This document shows positions 60,250 through 64,000 of a stretch of DNA of 64,000 nucleotides, piece after piece (the first letter of the stretch is position 1; each line of letters starts with the position of its first letter). Made by a program: the position numbers and the translations under genes. The DNA comes from Tubiluchus corallicola (Eukaryota > Animalia > Priapulida), in assembly GCA_030141605.1 (NCBI GenBank), contig JAQGDQ010000096.1, forward strand, positions 310,001 through 374,000. The letters are read 5' to 3'. The notes under the pieces were generated by a model. It searched no databases. It was not told where the DNA came from and saw only the letters and a program-made list of their open reading frames with translations.

Positions 60250-60489
60250 TGCTGGTGATTTCTTTAGCAGACTGTTCAATACACTAGAGTTAACACAGTT
60301 GCGCCTATGAATAAGAAAGATGCCACTGAAGCTTGTTGCTTCGTTTGCAATTCAATCGTCCCCTTCCGAACCTTGCAGAAGAAGAAATTGCTGTCGTTCG
60401 CTTTTGAAAGGGCGATAGTTAAAGCTGCAATAGCTACAGATGCCGCTAGAATTCTAAATCCTGCTAACACAGCTGGCTAGGTACTGGGC

Positions 60490-60508
60490 TTTATATAAGC
60501 CAGCCAAT
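60490..60508 (-). promoter_or_regulatory. TATA box (TATATAAA, 60497-60490) with adjacent CCAAT for the MID1IP1-like gene
   Basis: Plus strand tttatataagccagccaat ~240 nt upstream of the ATG. Confidence 0.55.
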
Positions 60509-61527
60509 GTGTACATTAAGCAACGAACAAACACAAACTCAAGTACTTATCTAAACGAGGCTGGTAAACAAGCATTCGATACATTGATATTTTCTTTGTT
60601 TATTTCTTTATTAATTATTCATTGTAAACACTTATGTTTTGTAATCAATTTATCATTTTATGCGCTTGACTGAAAATAATGGCAATAATAAAAATAAAAA
60701 CTGCGAAATCAAAAGGTATAAAATTTTAATCGTATTTGCGCACTTAAGTTCGTTTCCTTCCCTAATCTCTGTTCAAAATGTTCAGATCTTGGTGACACTC
60801 TCTGCACGACACTGACTCGTATGTTGCTCTTATCTCTTACTGCTTATAGTGTTTAGATACGAACGCACGCTACAGAAATCACGATTTGCAGGCCTAATGT
60901 TTGGGAACGTGCCAGTTGCGCAGAACAGGTCGAGCTAAAAGCAAACTTTTTAGCTTGCAAAATACTGTTTTTTATGTTGTAAGACTTTCATTTAGCTGAG
61001 GAAGCCATTTTTACTTATGGCCAGCGCGGCTCTTACCCTATGCCCAGGGTCGGCTCTAGGTAGTTTCGCGCCATGCACCCTACCCACAACATTGAATTTC
61101 TATCATATATAATAAACTATAATGCTTTCTGTATATTAGACTTATACATGTATTATTGTGTCCTAATTACCTATCTACAGCTTGTGTTACCTGTCTACAG
61201 CCCATGAAATTGAATTCATGACCGCTTTGTACCTCGTGGTTCTTCATTAAAATTTCTGCAATTTCTCTGCGTACTCTTCATGTACATCTTGACTTGATTT
61301 TCACTCAGATTTTTATCAAAAAAATTTTAACTCCTTTTTTACATACGTTCATTTCACTAGCTTCATCATCTTCACAATTATAATTTAGTCTGGCTGCAAA
61401 TACTTCATTAGAGAATCCTTTGCTGCTCGGTGTCCACCAGCTTTTTTACCTTTTGTTTCTCGTATTACGCTTCTAAAGGCTTCGACACTTAATTGTTTAT
61501 CTGCAATAATTAGATGAATCATGAATA

Positions 61528-62498
61528 CCGTAAAACGGGGTGAGTTCGCCACTTTTTAGGGGTATTTTTTTACGTTTCCTGCCATAGCAAGAGAATTACC
61601 AAACCAATTTTCTTAGTTCAAGCTTTATATTGCCTTTCGAATGAAACACTATCGTGGGGTGAATTCGCCATTAACGATTTTACACTCTTTAATGCCATTC
61701 TAGGCAGCTGAAGTTAACTGGTTGTGATTGGCTTGTTGGGGGTGAGTTCGCCACCCTATGAAAAAATTATGAAAAATGTCTAGTTTTAGTTTTCAAATAG
61801 AAACTTCTACGTTGGCAAGGAAGGCTTGAACGTCTTGTGCACTGATCTTTTCGCGGGCGCCCTTGATGTTGCCAGCCGCTCTGAAAACCAGATTGTTCCT
61901 TCGGGCGAATGATTTGACAAAGTCTATTCCAGGGGTGTTTGCCTTGAATCGTCGTTCCCGGATTCCCTTCGCGTCAAGAACACTCTTAATCAGTAGTCGG
62001 AGATCGATGGCAGTCATTGGGAACTCCCATTCAGCGGCCACTTGGAGTGTTGGCGATTTCGTGCTCCTCGGCGGCGGAGAACACTGGCTGACCTCCGGTC
62101 TTCAGCGGATGACTACCTGAGAGTTTGTCAGAAAGGGTCTTTCTTGGAACTCCGAATTGCCTCGCCGCTGCGCTGATTGTCCTGTTGGTATTCTTGACGG
62201 CATGTAGGGCAGCTTCCAGAGCTTCTGGGGTATAATATTGTTATCTATGACCCGATACAGGGGTGTAGGTGCGTGGCATGTTAAGTAGCAAGAAATAGTA
62301 GACAAATAATATGTAGCGCAGAATGGAGTACTTCTAGAGCGAATTGAAAAAAGATAACTGTCGCAAACTGTTTATAATGACGGTGATCATGATATCTGTT
62401 CATTAAACACTGAACAATAGTTACAGCAAACCTACAATGGCCCTTACGTAAGGGGTGGCGAACTCACCCTCGGGTGGCGAACTCACCCCGTTTTACGG
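61528..62498 (-). mobile_element. Internally deleted pogo/Fot1-like DNA transposon (971 bp)
   Basis: Perfect 25-bp TIR ccgtaaaacggggtgagttcgccac, TA TSD, internal copies of the ggggtgagttcgcca motif. Confidence 0.9.
61793..62279 (-). pseudogene. Disrupted transposase N-terminus (HTH_psq plus CENP-B-type HTH; DDE domain absent)
   Basis: MPRTYTP...*...ALEAALHAVK...ISAAARQFGVPRKTLSDKL, then a frameshift to AAEWEFPMTAIDLRLLI...FKANTPGIDFVKSFARRN. Confidence 0.85.
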
Positions 62499-63814
62499 TA
62501 CTAACACAAGAAACTTTTTTTATTAAATGAACAGGTCAGCAATGTCTACGCACAATGATGTAATCTTACGAACCCAGGTCAAGCAAAAGTATTTTGCTGT
62601 TGGAAGCAGCTCCATGTTAACGTCCATGAATCACATATTTTGACAGGAAAATAGCGCAAACAGTTCGTTTCATTACGTTAAGTAGTGTTGCGCGTTTATG
62701 TAATTACACATACATTATGTTACTACTTACGCTCAAGCAAACTTCGAAATGACTTACAAGAATTGTTTCTAGAATTTGGGGCCCCTTAAATATGATGCCC
62801 TAGGGAAATGCCTAGTTTGCCTAGAGGAGAGCCGGCCCTGCTCATGCGATTGTGAAAAATTTCTTAACCTATATAACAAACGTTGAAGTAACTAACACCT
62901 TCATTTGCGTAACGTGCGTTAATTTTATATCCATAAAGCTATTGGTCAAATAGATGACCTATAACATGTTACATACATTCACTCTAACAACGTTTCTTGT
63001 AGAACTTTCCATTTATAATATTCGTACATTAATGTCCCTTAAATATTCGTACATTAATATTTTTAAGTGTTATTTGGTACTAATATCTAATGTAATCTTG
63101 TAGTAAAACATGTCAGCTTGTACAGGTATAGTCTATTCTTTACTGTAAGTGTTTTTGTAAATAGTGAATATAGTTTGTAATGGTGAGGATCCTGAATCAT
63201 GTTTTAAACTGTCTAATCCAATCCTACAATAAATTATGTTTAAATTACGTTTTAAACGTTTAAAGTTGCGAGTTTAATTCAAAACAGCTATTTTCACTGC
63301 TGATGTCACGTTTTAAACAGTCTCCAGTTGAAATTTCAAATTTTAGGAAAAATAATAAGAAACTTTACAAATAACGGTTTGTACACAAAGAACAAATATG
63401 CCGTTGTTTATACTCGAGTATACAATAGTAATAAAAATTAATATGAGATATTCGTGCAAATACTAATACACAAGTCACTGCAGGAGTTGTGGGGCGTCTC
63501 CTAAAGTACTGCGTACCAGTTTTGTCCCCATACCAAGTCCAAGACTTTGAATGCATTGAAAGGGTTCAGCGTTAATAACCCGCAGGCTTTTTGATAGGTG
63601 CTAGTTAGGACACATTCCATATATGAAAAATGTAGGTTAGTTGAATCTGGTTTGCATCTACTTGAAGGGAGACGCATTATTTTTTATTTAAAAATGGTGT
63701 ATAAGATCGTACATAAACTGGTAGTTTAAATTTTGAAGATTTCTCCACTTTTGCTCCCATCACACACTTGCTAGGAAATAGCTAAACTTTTTTATCATTT
63801 CTTGTATATATAGC

Positions 63815-63846
<32 letters not shown>

Positions 63847-64000
63847 ATAAATATGCTTTTTCAAACAGAATTTGTAGTACATGGAATGACCTCAGTTTTG
63901 ATTTTGCCAATTCATACAGTCTATCAGTTATTCCGTAGGAAGCTACCAGAAACTTGCTTGTTAAAATATTGCAAATTTAATAAATATTTATAAAACGTTA

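Larger units (their letters stand above)
61022..62840. mobile_element. Probable hAT-derived non-autonomous element hosting the pogo-like insertion
   Basis: Left cagcgcggctct vs right agagccggccctg (rc cagggccggctct); degenerate 8-bp flanks cttatggc / ctcatgcg. Confidence 0.5.

Noticed and set aside
60250-60279. N-terminal extension of the MID1IP1-like ORF (176-aa call)
   Set aside because: The track starts at a TTG; the first ATG is at 60249

Overview
AT-rich metazoan (probably invertebrate) genomic DNA with spliceosomal introns and three protein-coding genes. (1) A minus-strand multi-exon gene (ATG ~16840, running off the window at position 1) that I read as a SUN-domain inner-nuclear-membrane (LINC complex) protein. 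The call rests on its architecture: R/S-rich N-terminus, DxWLLSR motif, TM helix LPLLLIPLVLL and luminal coiled coil. The SUN domain itself lies outside the window. The gene carries a single 3,381-nt frame-symmetric exon encoding ~1,127 aa of repeated proline-kinked hydrophobic segments, the most unusual item in the window. (2) A divergently oriented 4-exon stargazin/TARP (CACNG-like) gene, 20309/20405..54362, ending in RRTTPV. (3) A Spot14/MID1IP1-family gene with an uninterrupted CDS (59749..60249, minus). Introns and intergenic DNA hold a 5'-truncated RTE LINE with a TSD, a deleted pogo-like element nested in a probable hAT-derived element, Kolobok-like and Tc1/mariner-like MITEs, palindromic elements containing tRNA-like sequence, and several mini- and microsatellites that generate spurious ORFs. 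Exon structures were derived by hand from splice signals and reading-frame continuity, and no database searches were run.
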